Positions 53,835 to 64,000 of a stretch of DNA of 64,000 bases are shown here, one piece after another (the first letter of the stretch is position 1; every line of letters begins with the position of its first letter). The notes under the pieces were generated by a model. It was not told where the DNA came from. It did no database searches and worked only from the letters and a program-made list of their open reading frames with translations. The stretch is from an uncultured delta proteobacterium (GTDB lineage: Bacteria > Desulfobacterota > Binatia > UBA9968), in the NCBI GenBank assembly GCA_963771465.1, contig CAVYTU010000014.1, forward strand, positions 928,001 to 992,000, in the 5' to 3' direction. Made by a program: the position numbers and the translations under genes.

Positions 53835-54479
53835 CTAGGTCGTCTTAGCAAACCGTTCATTCAATTCTTTCTCGTAGGCGAGCAGCTTCTTGACGCTCGC
53901 GCGCTCCTGCATGCGGTTGAAATGTGCGACGACGTTCGGGAAGGCTGAAAGGTCTACCTCCAACTGTGTGGCGCGGCGGCAACACCAAAAAAAATGCGCG
54001 TCCGGGGCGGTGAAGTGGTCGAAGAAGTACTCTCGCCCGGCCAGCAAATCGTCGGCGATCCGAAAGTTCTCGAACAAAAATTCCGTGGCAATCTTGATGA
54101 CGCTGTCGGACACGCCCGCTGCGTCGCAGACTTTGGCCGGGTTGTTGATCCGGCTCAGATAGGGATGGATGCCGCTGGCACACCAGGCATGCAGCGAGAT
54201 CGCCTGCAACTCGTCCCACGGATCGGCGGGCAGGATCTTCGCGTTGGGGAAAGTTCGATGGACCCAATTATGAATGGCGACGTTCTCGGTCAATATCTTG
54301 CCGTCGACGACGAGCGCAGGCACTTTGTGCTTCGGGTTTATTTTTAGATATTCGGGCGAGAAATTCTGCCGCTTGCGGAAATTGAGCGGCCGGACCGCGA
54401 AATCTGCGCCCGCCTCGGTCAGCGTGACATAGGGCGCGAGCGCGCAGGTGTTGGGGGCATAGTAAAGAGCGATTTCCAT
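53835..54479 (-). CDS. Glutathione S-transferase (beta-class-like)
   Basis: YYAPNTC..LTE; INPKHKVP; LTENVAI. Confidence 0.9.
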   Translation of the reverse strand: MEIALYYAPNTCALAPYVTLTEAGADFAVRPLNFRKRQNFSPEYLKINPKHKVPALVVDGKILTENVAIHNWVHRTFPNAKILPADPWDELQAISLHAWCASGIHPYLSRINNPAKVCDAAGVSDSVIKIATEFLFENFRIADDLLAGREYFFDHFTAPDAHFFWCCRRATQLEVDLSAFPNVVAHFNRMQERASVKKLLAYEKELNERFAKTT

Positions 54480-54508
54480 TTACGTCTCCTGATTAGTTTG
54501 CTTGATCC

Positions 54509-54694
54509 TTGGCAAATCTAGTACCAGCGTATGGTAAGCGCAACGTGACCAGCATCTTCTCCGCCTGCGGTCCGCCGTTCTTCGGCCTGCTCTTCGATTA
54601 CACCCGAAGCTACTACCTGTCCTTCAGCATCTTCATCGCCATGCTGTTCATCTCCGCCGTGCTCAGTTTGTGCCTGCGGCCGCCGACAAAATGA
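54509..54694 (+). pseudogene. MFS transporter C-terminal fragment
   Basis: GPPFFGLLFDYTRSYYLSF resembles the last TM helices; no upstream gene body. Confidence 0.65.
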
Positions 54695-54923
54695 CCTGAC
54701 CTGCGCGCGAAAGTTGAAGTAGCGGAAATAGGAGCGGAGCCGAGCCGAGCCTGGTTCGTTTGCCGACATCGTTAAGTGTCCGCGACGGGCGCTATGGTTT
54801 AGGCGAAAAGTATTGAGGCAATCCCCAAATCGGTTGAGTCAAGAAGCTATCAGTGGTTGAGTGGAAACAATCGTCGAAGCGATGGGCTTTGCCAAAGCCA
54901 AATAAATTGCTGCTGAGCTTAGA

Positions 54924-56030
54924 TTGAAAGGATCAAATCACGTGCACGCCCCTAGTCGTTGGCAAAAGTTGTTCGCCGCTTTGCTGCTGGCTTTTTTGTC
55001 TGCTCAAGTTAACGCTCAGGAGCCGACGTTGAACCGGCTCATTTCAGCCGCCAAGCAGGAAGGCAAGCTTGTCCTCTCAGGTCCTGCCGACCCGCTTCTC
55101 CGCAAAGGTCTGCCGGAGAAATTCAAAGACCGCTTTGGCATCGTCGTCGAGTATATCGGCGCTTCCAGCAATGACGCCATCGGACGACTGCGCCAGGAGC
55201 GCCAGGCCGGCCTTTACACGATCGACATGATGCTTGTGGGACCGACCGCTCTTGTCGGCGTCTATTCGGAAAAAATGCTCGATCCGTTACGCCCGCTCCT
55301 GCTCGATGAGGTTCTCGATGGGCGCCATTGGAAAGGTGGCAAGCCACGCTTCAGCGATCCGGAAGCAAAATATAGTCTCCGACTGGCCGAGCGCGTGACG
55401 GCGCTCTTTATGATCAATAAGTCTGTCGTCAAGCGCGAAGAGTTTCGCTCCATTCATGACTTGACCAACCCGCGCTGGAAGGGAAAAATTGTTGCGGAGG
55501 ATCCGACTCGGGGCAGCGCCGGAACCGGACTTCCCATGGTTCTTTATGCGTCTTTGGGAGAGGAGTTTCTCAAGAAGCTCTACATCGATAATGAAGTGAT
55601 CTTGAGCAGCGACCGGCGTCAAATGGCTGATTGGCTTGCCCGCGGCACCTATCCGATTTCCATGGGAGTGCGCGAAGAAGATTTGCAGCGCCTCCAGGCC
55701 GAGGGTTTTTCCCTTGAGATTATCAACTCACTCGCCGACTTTCCCGGCTACCTAGCGGTAGGCGCAGGTCATCTGGTTGTGGTCAATCGAGCGCCTCATC
55801 CCAATGCCGCGCGATTGTTCGCCAACTGGCTCGCGTCCAAGGAGGGACTGCAGCTTTATTCGCGTCTGATGGGCGAGCCCTCGATGCGCGCCGACGTCGA
55901 TGAGTCTCACATACCGCAATACATGATCCCCAAGCCCGGCGTGAATTATATCGATAGCGCTAGTTGGGAATACGCTCTCAAGCGGCAGGCGGTTTCGCAG
56001 CGATTGCGGGAACTGCTGAAAAGGAAATAA
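54924..56030 (+). CDS. ABC extracellular solute-binding protein
   Basis: AAKQEGKLV, PRWKGKI, APHPNAARLFANW. Confidence 0.87.
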   Translation: MKGSNHVHAPSRWQKLFAALLLAFLSAQVNAQEPTLNRLISAAKQEGKLVLSGPADPLLRKGLPEKFKDRFGIVVEYIGASSNDAIGRLRQERQAGLYTIDMMLVGPTALVGVYSEKMLDPLRPLLLDEVLDGRHWKGGKPRFSDPEAKYSLRLAERVTALFMINKSVVKREEFRSIHDLTNPRWKGKIVAEDPTRGSAGTGLPMVLYASLGEEFLKKLYIDNEVILSSDRRQMADWLARGTYPISMGVREEDLQRLQAEGFSLEIINSLADFPGYLAVGAGHLVVVNRAPHPNAARLFANWLASKEGLQLYSRLMGEPSMRADVDESHIPQYMIPKPGVNYIDSASWEYALKRQAVSQRLRELLKRK

Positions 56031-56111
56031 ACGGGCGAGTCGTAAGCCGAGTTGACTTAGGCAAGTCCAAGGGCGGCCGCTTCGGTAACTCGCAGTGAAA
56101 GGAACTCTAAC

Positions 56112-56996
56112 ATGACAACGATAAAAGAGATCGTGCAGATTGGTGTCGGTATGCCGGAGCGCGAAACATTCGCGCATTTTTCCCACGACATGCTTGGTCT
56201 GCCGACCACCACCTCGCCGGACGGAGCCGTGACGTATATGCGAGTCGATCGCTATGGACACCGCCTGGCCGCGCGTACGGCTGCCGAGCCGGTGCTTAAT
56301 TACATTGGTTTTGATGTCGGCGGGCCTGACGCACTCGCCGAGTGGAAAACCACGCTCGCGGTCAAAGACATCGATTGGCACCCAGGCAGCAAGGAGGAAT
56401 GTCTCGAGCGGCAGGTGGCTGACTTTATCGAGTTCAAGGATCCCGATGGTCATGCTCTGGCGTTATCGTATGGCTTCGAAATCGACAAAGAGCCCGTGCG
56501 TTACACTCGCGAACTCAACGTCGTTGGCTTGGGCCATGTGCTGCTCACGGTCCAAGATACTCAGCGGTCACACGACTTTTACACCGGTGTGTTGGGCTTC
56601 CGCTTGAGCGACTGGGTATGCATCGACGACCATATTCGTTTGTGCTTCCTGCGTTGCAACGCGCGCCATCACAGCATCGCGTTCGCGCCGTGTATGCCGG
56701 GTAAGTCTCCCCGGCTGCAACACGTGATGCTCGAAGTTGAATCACTCGATGACGTCATGCGCTCCTATCACTTCCTACGGACCCACGGAGCGCCCATTGG
56801 CATGGGACCAGGCCGCCACCCCAATTGTCAGACCATACACGTTTACGTGCAAACGCCGGGAGGATTTGCCGTGGAGTTTGGCTGGGGCCACCGACGTCTC
56901 GATGACGCCACTCACCAACCGATCATCTATCCCAGCGGCACTCCCGTCGACGTCTGGGGCGGCGACATCCAAAGTACGGAATTCGAGCTTGGTTAA
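56112..56996 (+). CDS. VOC-family extradiol dioxygenase (BphC/HsaC-like)
   Basis: GLGHVL, FLRCNARHHS, LQHVMLE, GRH, YVQTPGGFAVEFG. Confidence 0.9.
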   Translation: MTTIKEIVQIGVGMPERETFAHFSHDMLGLPTTTSPDGAVTYMRVDRYGHRLAARTAAEPVLNYIGFDVGGPDALAEWKTTLAVKDIDWHPGSKEECLERQVADFIEFKDPDGHALALSYGFEIDKEPVRYTRELNVVGLGHVLLTVQDTQRSHDFYTGVLGFRLSDWVCIDDHIRLCFLRCNARHHSIAFAPCMPGKSPRLQHVMLEVESLDDVMRSYHFLRTHGAPIGMGPGRHPNCQTIHVYVQTPGGFAVEFGWGHRRLDDATHQPIIYPSGTPVDVWGGDIQSTEFELG

Positions 56997-57018
56997 CTTA
57001 AACTCGCAAACTCCGCTC

Positions 57019-57309
57019 CTACGCAAACGCCGATTCGGCCTCGCGCACTTCCATCTTCGCAACGTTGCTTCCAAGTTTGACTCCGGCGGCCGCGACTGCG
57101 GCTTGGAACTCTTTGCTCTTCGCTTCGAGCTCCGCCTTGTCTTTGTAGGTCCTGACCCAAATAAATTCGTTTTGTGGCCGATTCACCCACGTGCCAACGA
57201 TGGGTACGCCGATCTTTTGGTGCAGCACCATGATGTCTTCTTTGAAGTGCTTCAGAAAATTATCCATCTCCCCCTTATTGATGGTGTAAATACGTATCTG
57301 CGATATCAT
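57019..57309 (-). CDS. NIPSNAP family protein
   Basis: QIRIYTINKG..F..F; GTW; FIWVRTY. Confidence 0.8.
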   Translation of the reverse strand: MISQIRIYTINKGEMDNFLKHFKEDIMVLHQKIGVPIVGTWVNRPQNEFIWVRTYKDKAELEAKSKEFQAAVAAAGVKLGSNVAKMEVREAESAFA

Positions 57310-57527
57310 TATATTTCCCCCTCCCATTTGCTAACCTTTTCCATTGCTCGGACGACACACCATGAAAGCTATCCGAGTACGTCGCCAACAGTCAAACAAA
57401 TCGCGCCGTTCGCTAACAGAGTTTTTTTGTATTCGCGCAAAAGGTCCTGCGGGAAAGTGCGGATCGACTGGAGCCGAGGACGCCAATCCGATTTGCACCC
57501 TAGATCGAAACCCGATAGTGAAGCGGA

Positions 57528-57758
57528 ATGACGAATATTCCAAATGGCATGTTGGCCGAGGCAAGACAGATCTGGAAAGCGATCAAGTCGCTGCGTAGAA
57601 AACATGTTATCGATGGCCTGATTCGCCGTGGTATCGCTCCAGATAGAATCGAACAGACGATCAGGGATGCCGAAGTGGCCGCAAACGTGATTAGCACCAA
57701 GGCAAGGTCGCGTATCGCGCACCGAAAACGCGCAAAGCTTAGATTGGTGAAGTCATAA
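57528..57758 (+). CDS. Small basic hypothetical protein
   Basis: Open frame ending in KLRLVKS. Confidence 0.5.
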   Translation: MTNIPNGMLAEARQIWKAIKSLRRKHVIDGLIRRGIAPDRIEQTIRDAEVAANVISTKARSRIAHRKRAKLRLVKS

Positions 57759-57842
57759 TCGTAGACCGCACGAAGTAATTGTCTTTTAGAAATATTTGCC
57801 CGGAGGGATTGCCCTCAGTCGAAGCTGCGGTAAACTTAACTC

Positions 57843-58082
57843 ATGCTAAGACCTCATGGCTATTACTGGGTTAAGTTTCCCACCGATCCACAGCTTCAAA
57901 TCGTCTTGATCCAAGAGGACGGCAACGTGTGGGTGTTCGGCCAGAATGAACCTCAACACGTCGCCGAGGACGAGCCCGGGTCGGTGAAAGGTCAGTCGTT
58001 CGAAGTAGTGGCTGGGCCTCTTGTCCCGCCGGAAATTCCGAAACTGCAAACCCCGGACGCGCATGCATTAGGACGCACTTAA
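57843..58082 (+). CDS. Small hypothetical protein
   Basis: GYYWVK..GPLVPP. Confidence 0.5.
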   Translation: MLRPHGYYWVKFPTDPQLQIVLIQEDGNVWVFGQNEPQHVAEDEPGSVKGQSFEVVAGPLVPPEIPKLQTPDAHALGRT

Positions 58083-58535
58083 ATCTCGCTGACTATTTAC
58101 AAGTTGACCTTCTTGAGAGCTGTCACGTCATCTGACGTTGCGCCTCTGCGGGCAGCGCGTCCATGTCGTCCAAGAAGAGTTACCGTTCCATCGTCAACCT
58201 GCGAGCATTCATCAATCCCTCGCTGCGCCATTCTCCATCGCGTTTAGTCACTACTGTCAGTTGCATTGAATTTCGCGACGATCGAGTGTTTCGATAGCGC
58301 GAGAAGCGTAGGACGTTATTGCATCAGATTTTTGAATCTCCTCATGGTGAAACGCTCATATCGATCTTACTTGTGCCGTCGATTCTTCCGTTGAGATTGT
58401 CAGTGCGATAATGTGACGCGATGGATTGGCGAGTCGCGCAGGTGCCGTGTCGCATCATCGCGCTGTGTACGGCTTTGACGTAGGGAACTTTCGATAGTGA
58501 ATGTACGGAGCGAAGAGCGGCTATCTGCACTGGCC

Positions 58536-59804
58536 ATGACCTTGTATCGCGGCTCGGCGGTTTTCTTGGCCATCTATGGTTTCGGCTCCACTATCAGCTT
58601 TGGCGTTCATCTGCTTATGGCTCGGCTGCTGGGTGCCAAAAGCTACGGCTATTTCGTCTACGCGACTAGCTGGATGGCCATCCTACTGCTCGGTTGCAAC
58701 ATCGGTCTCAAACCCACGGTCGTCAGATTCGTCGCGGCGTACAACGCGCGCGGCGAGTGGGGTTCGCTTCGGGGTCTGCTGCGCTGCTCGACAGCATGGA
58801 CAATCGCCGCCTCCGCTGTGGTCACAACTTTGTCGGCAATCGCGCTTTGGCTTTTGCGACCCCGTTTTGACGAACTCGGCACGACGCTCGCACTGATGGC
58901 GTTGGCGATGCCGTTCATGGCGCTCGCGGACGTCTGGAGTTCGGCTGTGCGCGGGCTGGGAGCGGTCGCACGTTCCCAGTATCCGGCTTCGATTGTCCAG
59001 CACGTTTTGGTCGGCACTACACTGGTCGTCATTGTCTTTGTCGTTGGCGAAAATGGCGGGGCTGTCTCTGCGGCCGCAGCGTTTCTTTTCGCAACCATCG
59101 GCGCGATGACGGTGGCGCAGATTTTTCTGCGGCTCGAACTGCCCCGGCAAGTGCGGACATCGCCGCCCAGTTACTTTCGCGCCGAGTGGCTCCACGTCGC
59201 CGGCAGCAATTTGTTGATCTCGTTATTCCAAGCCGTTCGCGCCCCGCTCATTGTCGTCATTTCCGGCGCGTACCTCGACGTGCAACAGATTGCTTACTAT
59301 GTCGCCGCGCATCGGCTCGCCAATGTGATGTCCTTGGGGCTGCTTGGAATTTCGGGATTCGTCTCGCCGCAGATTTCGCAATACTTCGCGCTGGCCGATT
59401 TCTCCAAGCTGCAACGCCTCGCCCATCTGGCGGCGCGCGGCGCGTTTGCCGGGGCGTTGGCAACGGCGCTGGTCCTGGTCGGTTTCGGGTACGAACTTCT
59501 CGAACTCTTCGGCTCAGGGTTCACGACGGCTTACACGCCGCTCCTGGTTCTGCTTTGCGGTGAATTGTTCGCCGCGGCGGCAGGGCCGGTGGGCTTTTTC
59601 ATGACCATGACGAATCGACAGATGAGCGCCACCCGAATCGAGGCCGCCACCAGCGCGATTGCGCTCGGCCTCGCGCTTGTTCTCATTCCTCGTTATGGAA
59701 TTCTCGGCGCCGCCATCGTCGTCGCCGCGGGCAGCGCGGTGCGAAATATTTCCATGTTCGTCGCCGTTTGGCGGCAATTGGGACTGCGTTCGACAATCTT
59801 TTAA
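58536..59804 (+). CDS. Wzx-like oligosaccharide flippase
   Basis: ARLLGAKSYGYF; many TM segments; LIPRYGILGAA. Confidence 0.88.
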   Translation: MTLYRGSAVFLAIYGFGSTISFGVHLLMARLLGAKSYGYFVYATSWMAILLLGCNIGLKPTVVRFVAAYNARGEWGSLRGLLRCSTAWTIAASAVVTTLSAIALWLLRPRFDELGTTLALMALAMPFMALADVWSSAVRGLGAVARSQYPASIVQHVLVGTTLVVIVFVVGENGGAVSAAAAFLFATIGAMTVAQIFLRLELPRQVRTSPPSYFRAEWLHVAGSNLLISLFQAVRAPLIVVISGAYLDVQQIAYYVAAHRLANVMSLGLLGISGFVSPQISQYFALADFSKLQRLAHLAARGAFAGALATALVLVGFGYELLELFGSGFTTAYTPLLVLLCGELFAAAAGPVGFFMTMTNRQMSATRIEAATSAIALGLALVLIPRYGILGAAIVVAAGSAVRNISMFVAVWRQLGLRSTIF

Positions 59805-59818
59805 CAGCGCGCTGGCAC

Positions 59819-62060
59819 ATGCGGATCAAACACTTTCTCGAAATCGGGTTTCTTAGCCGCGCTGCCGGCGGCTGTGCGGGTGGCGCGCCGGCAAGCCGGC
59901 TCAGTCTTTGGTTCGGCCTTGTGCTGGTTATTTTGTGCGCCGTCTATGCGAGCCACTCGCGCTTGGCCCAACTTTCCGCTTGGCACAGCGACCCCGAGCA
60001 GTATATCGCCGCCGGCGTGCCGATGATGACGACTCTGGACGCCTATTACTCCTTGAGGCTTGCGCGTTTGCACGCCGCGGGAAAATTTATTCCTTGGGGT
60101 CCGGTGCCGGCGCGCCACTATTCCCGGCCGGAGCTGGGAGATTCGAGCGAATGGTACGACCAACGCGAGCCCAAAGTTCTGCCGCTGCTCAGCCGCGTGC
60201 TGGCGCACGCGGCAACTTTCTTTGACGGCGATATCGATAAGACCGCCTTGGTGCTCTCGCCGCTGCTTGCGAGCCTCTTCATGGTGCCGCTCTTCTGGTA
60301 CTGCTGGCGTATCGGCGTCCCCGCTGCCGGACTGATGGGCGGGCTGGTCGCAACTTTTTGCCTTGAGTATTACCGGCGCACGGGCGTCGGCTGGATCGAC
60401 ACCGATTGCCTGAATTTGTTTTTTCCTTGGACGGTTTCATGCCTCATTCTAGCGATGCGCGGCGAGCTGCGCCGGCAAACTTTGTTGCTGTTGTCAGCCG
60501 CGGCCGGAGCCGTGCTCTACATATTTTTTTTGTGGTACGGCAAACCGGGTCTTACCCTCGCTTACCTCGGCGCTCTGGTCATCCATCTCAGCCTCGCCGG
60601 CGTATCATGGCGCCGCATCTTGCTCTGCGCGCTGACGTTGATCGTCTTCGCCAACCCCATGCAGCTGGGCAGCGCCCTGGGCAATCTGCAAGACTTCGCC
60701 CATCACTACCTCTGGCCATCGGCGGCAACCACAACGGACACGGCCTCGGCCGTCCGCTTCCCGCAAGTCTGGTCAACCATCAGTGAAGCGAGATCGCTGC
60801 CCTGGTCCGATACGCTGAAGCTCATTGCGCCGCGCGCCGACGTGGCCGTAATCGGGTTGAGCGCATTCGCACTTTTCGCACTGTGGCGCTGGCGCGCGAT
60901 ACCAGCGCTGAGCCCCATCCTGATGTTAGGGGCGCTGGCCTTGCTGTCGTCGCGCCGCTTCATTCCATATCTCGCGCCGTTCGTCGGAATCGGCTGGGGC
61001 GTCATCATTTCTTTGGTCACGAGGGCGCTGTTCGACCGGCTTGGCGGAAGTTCGGACGAACCAGCCACGGCGCCGCAGACTCCTCGGTCTGCGGCTTGGC
61101 TCCGCGCGGCACGTTCCTTATCGAGCACGCCAATGTTTCAAACCGGCGTCGCGTATGTTGCGGTCATCGCTGTCTTCTTTGTCTGGTTCGCGCCGACGTC
61201 AGACAAACAAACCGCGCCGCGTCCGGCGATCCCGGCGCAAGTTTTTCGCAATCTGCAAATCCTCGCAAAGCAGTTGCCCGCTGATTCTCGAATGTGGACT
61301 TGGTGGGACAACGGTTTCGCCATTCTCGACGCGACCGGCTTCGGGGTTTATCACGACGGCTCAGCGCAGTACACGCCGCAGACCAATCTGATTGCGGCAA
61401 GCTTCGTGGATTCCAATCCCCGCGTGATGCACGAAATGATCGTTTTCGTCGACCGCCAAGGCAATCAAGGCATTCGCCGATTGGCGGCATCGGCCAGCAA
61501 TTTTAACGACCTGCTCCTGCGCGCGCGCAGCGTTTCGCCGCCGCCGCTGGATGTGCCGGTTTACGTTTTATACACGCCCGACATGCTGCTCAAATATTCG
61601 GCCATGCGATTTCTCGGCGGCGCGGATCAAACCTGCCGGATCGCAGCGCGGGTCGGTTGGGATTCGCTGGTTGTCATGTGAACAGCTCGTTGACGACAAG
61701 GTGTATTGCGCCGGAGAAATTTTCGATCTTCGCACCGGATTGATCGAACGACAGCGCGGACCTTCGGGACTAACGGCGAAACCGGTAAGCTTGCGCCGGT
61801 CAGTGATGGTCGAAGGCGGACGCAGCGTGCGCCAGCGTGACTACCCCTATAACCTGGACAACGCGCAACTGACGATAGAAATTATTTCGGTTTCGGGGAA
61901 AGTGGCAGGCATCTATCTGCTCGATGAGCCGGCATTCGAATCAAACCTCAACCAGATGTTCATGCTGGGTCGATTCGACGGCGAGCTTTTCGAGGAGGTT
62001 TATAACGATTTCCCTTACGCGCGCGCTTTCCGCGTGCGCGCCGGCCCGCAACCCCAATGA
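59819..62060 (+). CDS. STT3/PglB-like oligosaccharyltransferase, frameshift near 61630
   Basis: TTLDAYY, GWIDTD, TISE, WWDNG, HDG; continues in ORF 61551-62060. Confidence 0.82.
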
Positions 62061-62113
62061 GTCGGTCGAGATTCCGAGCGAACGAGTGAGCGAGATCAGA
62101 TCACTAGCTTAGT

Positions 62114-62938
62114 TTATGGGCGACGTCGCCGCGATAGCGCAATACCGCCGAGACCGGCGGCGAGAAGATAGAGGCTCAACGGCTCGGGAACCGGTGTCGT
62201 GAAGGGATCGTAAGTATATTCCACTTTGACATTGCCGGCCCAGTTGTGGGTAAGGGTGCCGTCGAAGGTCGAGTTATCGGCAAACCCATTAGGGTTGGTC
62301 TCGTTATCCGGGTCAACTCGCGGAGCCAGAGCGCTCGAAAGTGTAGCGGTCAGGTTGAATGTGCCGGAGCCGCTAAAAGAAGCCAGCATCGCGCGCCAGA
62401 CTAGCAGTGCCATTGAAGACGTTGTTATTGCTCTATTTGGGAACCACTATCACACATGTCATCATCGTCGGGTGGGGCGTTGACGACGCAGTGGCACTGA
62501 ATGGCTGCGATGGCAGCGTCGACAGCAGAGCCGAAATTAAACGCTGCCAGTCAGCTTATGACCAAAGGGGCTTGTCGTCTCGGCGAAAAAAGTGACGTTC
62601 ATCTCGGACTAGTGGTCTCGTGCGCTCACAGTGACAGTGACATCGTAGTCTGACGTGAGCGTGATGGTTACTCCGGTAAGGGTTCCCAGCGCGGTATTGA
62701 AATGATTGAATCTAAGTGTCGTCGAGAATAGTCGTTGAATTCATGACGCGGTGGATCGTTGGTGGTGCGTGACATTGGCCATTCCTCACCAGTAGTGACT
62801 TGGAATGTGACTTGCGCGGTAGTCAGAGATTGAACGATTCAGTTTCGTGTAATGGTGAGCCGCATTCGCCACGGCCCATTGCACTAAAATCGCAAACACG
62901 CCCGCCAACAAACCTAAGCAAAAAAATCTTGCTTTCAT
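62114..62938 (-). pseudogene. PEP-CTERM sorting-domain surface protein, frameshifted
   Basis: C-terminus VPEPLSLYLLAAGLGGIALSRRRRP; internal FNTALGTLTGVTITL; signal peptide from ATG at 62938. Confidence 0.8.
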
Positions 62939-63209
62939 GCTATGTTCCTTTTTCTCACCGCTATTTTCCAAGTCACCGAAGCCTCTGCCTTTATCATGAC
63001 TACTATTGATGAGCAACACTACACAGTTGATTTAGTTGCCGGTGGCGACCGGGCAGATTTATTCGACTCAAGATTTAACCGAAGCGAAACCTAGTTTTCA
63101 CTTAACACTCGTGCTCTTGACGAATCTCCGGTTCGTGAATATAGCTCCGGTCAGCGAAACAGCAGTGTTTAGATTTTCCCTACAGATACATGCCGCTAGG
63201 GAGGTTGTC

Positions 63210-63968
63210 ATGAAGTTCTGGGCGCGAACCATTACAGTCATGATCGCCAGCATAGCGGGGGGTGCCATGTCGCACGCGGCTGATCTCATTGTCTTGGCCA
63301 GCCAGGGCAATCTGCCCGGAGTGAACGAGCTCGCCGCCGCCTTCGCGCGCGCGAGCGGGCACAAGGTGACGGTCCTTCAGGATGAGGGCAAGGCGCTGGA
63401 GCAGAGACTTAGCAACGGTGCTGCGGATTTGATCACGGGCAACCCGCCGATGATGGAGGAGTTGCTCAAGAAAGGTCAACTCGTGGCGGGCACCGCTACG
63501 CCCTTCATGCTCGCCGATCTCGGCGTCTCGGTGCGCGCCGGCGCGCCCAAGCCCGACATCAGCACGGTCGAGGCATACACGAAGACATTGTTAGCGGCGA
63601 AGTCGATCGGCTATTCGCGCGGCTGCAGCGGCCGCCATGTCGCGCAGGGAATCGCGCAGCTCGGCCTGACCGAGCAGCTGAAGCCAAAGATCGTTCTCAC
63701 CGGCGGCGGCACCGGCCCGGTCACTTTCTTCCTGGCGCGCGGCGATTTCGAGCTCGGCATTCAGCAGAGCAACATCATGGTGGGTGCGCCGGGGACCGAT
63801 TTTGTCGGGCCCGTGCCCGGATCCGTGAACATACCTTGTCCAGGCAGCGTCGGTGTGCTGACTGTTTCTAAGGAGCGGGAAGCTGCACAGGCGCTGATCA
63901 AGTTCATGATTTCGCCGGCGGCCGCGCCGCTCCTGCGCAGGGTGCATGAGGCGCCGGCCAAAGGCTAA
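63210..63968 (+). CDS. ModA-like substrate-binding protein
   Basis: SGHKV, GAPKPDIST, LLAAKSIGYS, SG.H, ELGIQQ. Confidence 0.85.
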   Translation: MKFWARTITVMIASIAGGAMSHAADLIVLASQGNLPGVNELAAAFARASGHKVTVLQDEGKALEQRLSNGAADLITGNPPMMEELLKKGQLVAGTATPFMLADLGVSVRAGAPKPDISTVEAYTKTLLAAKSIGYSRGCSGRHVAQGIAQLGLTEQLKPKIVLTGGGTGPVTFFLARGDFELGIQQSNIMVGAPGTDFVGPVPGSVNIPCPGSVGVLTVSKEREAAQALIKFMISPAAAPLLRRVHEAPAKG

Positions 63969-64000
63969 AACACGGAGATGGCGCGGGTATGCCGTTCATC

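Noticed and set aside
1-64000. tRNA, rRNA or riboswitch
   Set aside because: None recognised by eye; an Infernal/Rfam scan would be needed to exclude them.

Overview
Bacterial DNA, probably from an environmental genome such as Candidatus Binatia/Binatota (inferred from gene content). No rRNA, tRNA or CRISPR is visible. Region 1 (1-41.5 kb) is a mosaic of unlinked 1-3 gene blocks: orphan solute-binding proteins, NUDIX, hydrolases, amidohydrolases, an orphan trpF, SMI1/KNR4 and others. The blocks are joined at a recurring REP-like motif, GGGGTCA-N11/12-TGAC, which occurs more than 20 times. These junctions carry tandem reiterations of the motif, repeated 3' gene fragments (MetE-like x6, NUDIX x3, hydrolase x2) and IS3 ends placed at a fixed offset from the motif. 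This looks like an integron-like cassette array built by an enzyme not encoded in the window, possibly a RAYT/HUH transposase (inference). Region 2 (41.6-53.5 kb) is a frameshifted NRPS cluster without a thioesterase. Region 3 (53.8-64 kb) holds GST, a binding protein, an extradiol dioxygenase, a Wzx-like flippase, a PglB/STT3-like oligosaccharyltransferase, a broken PEP-CTERM gene and a ModA-like protein. Many frameshifts could be long-read errors or real decay.
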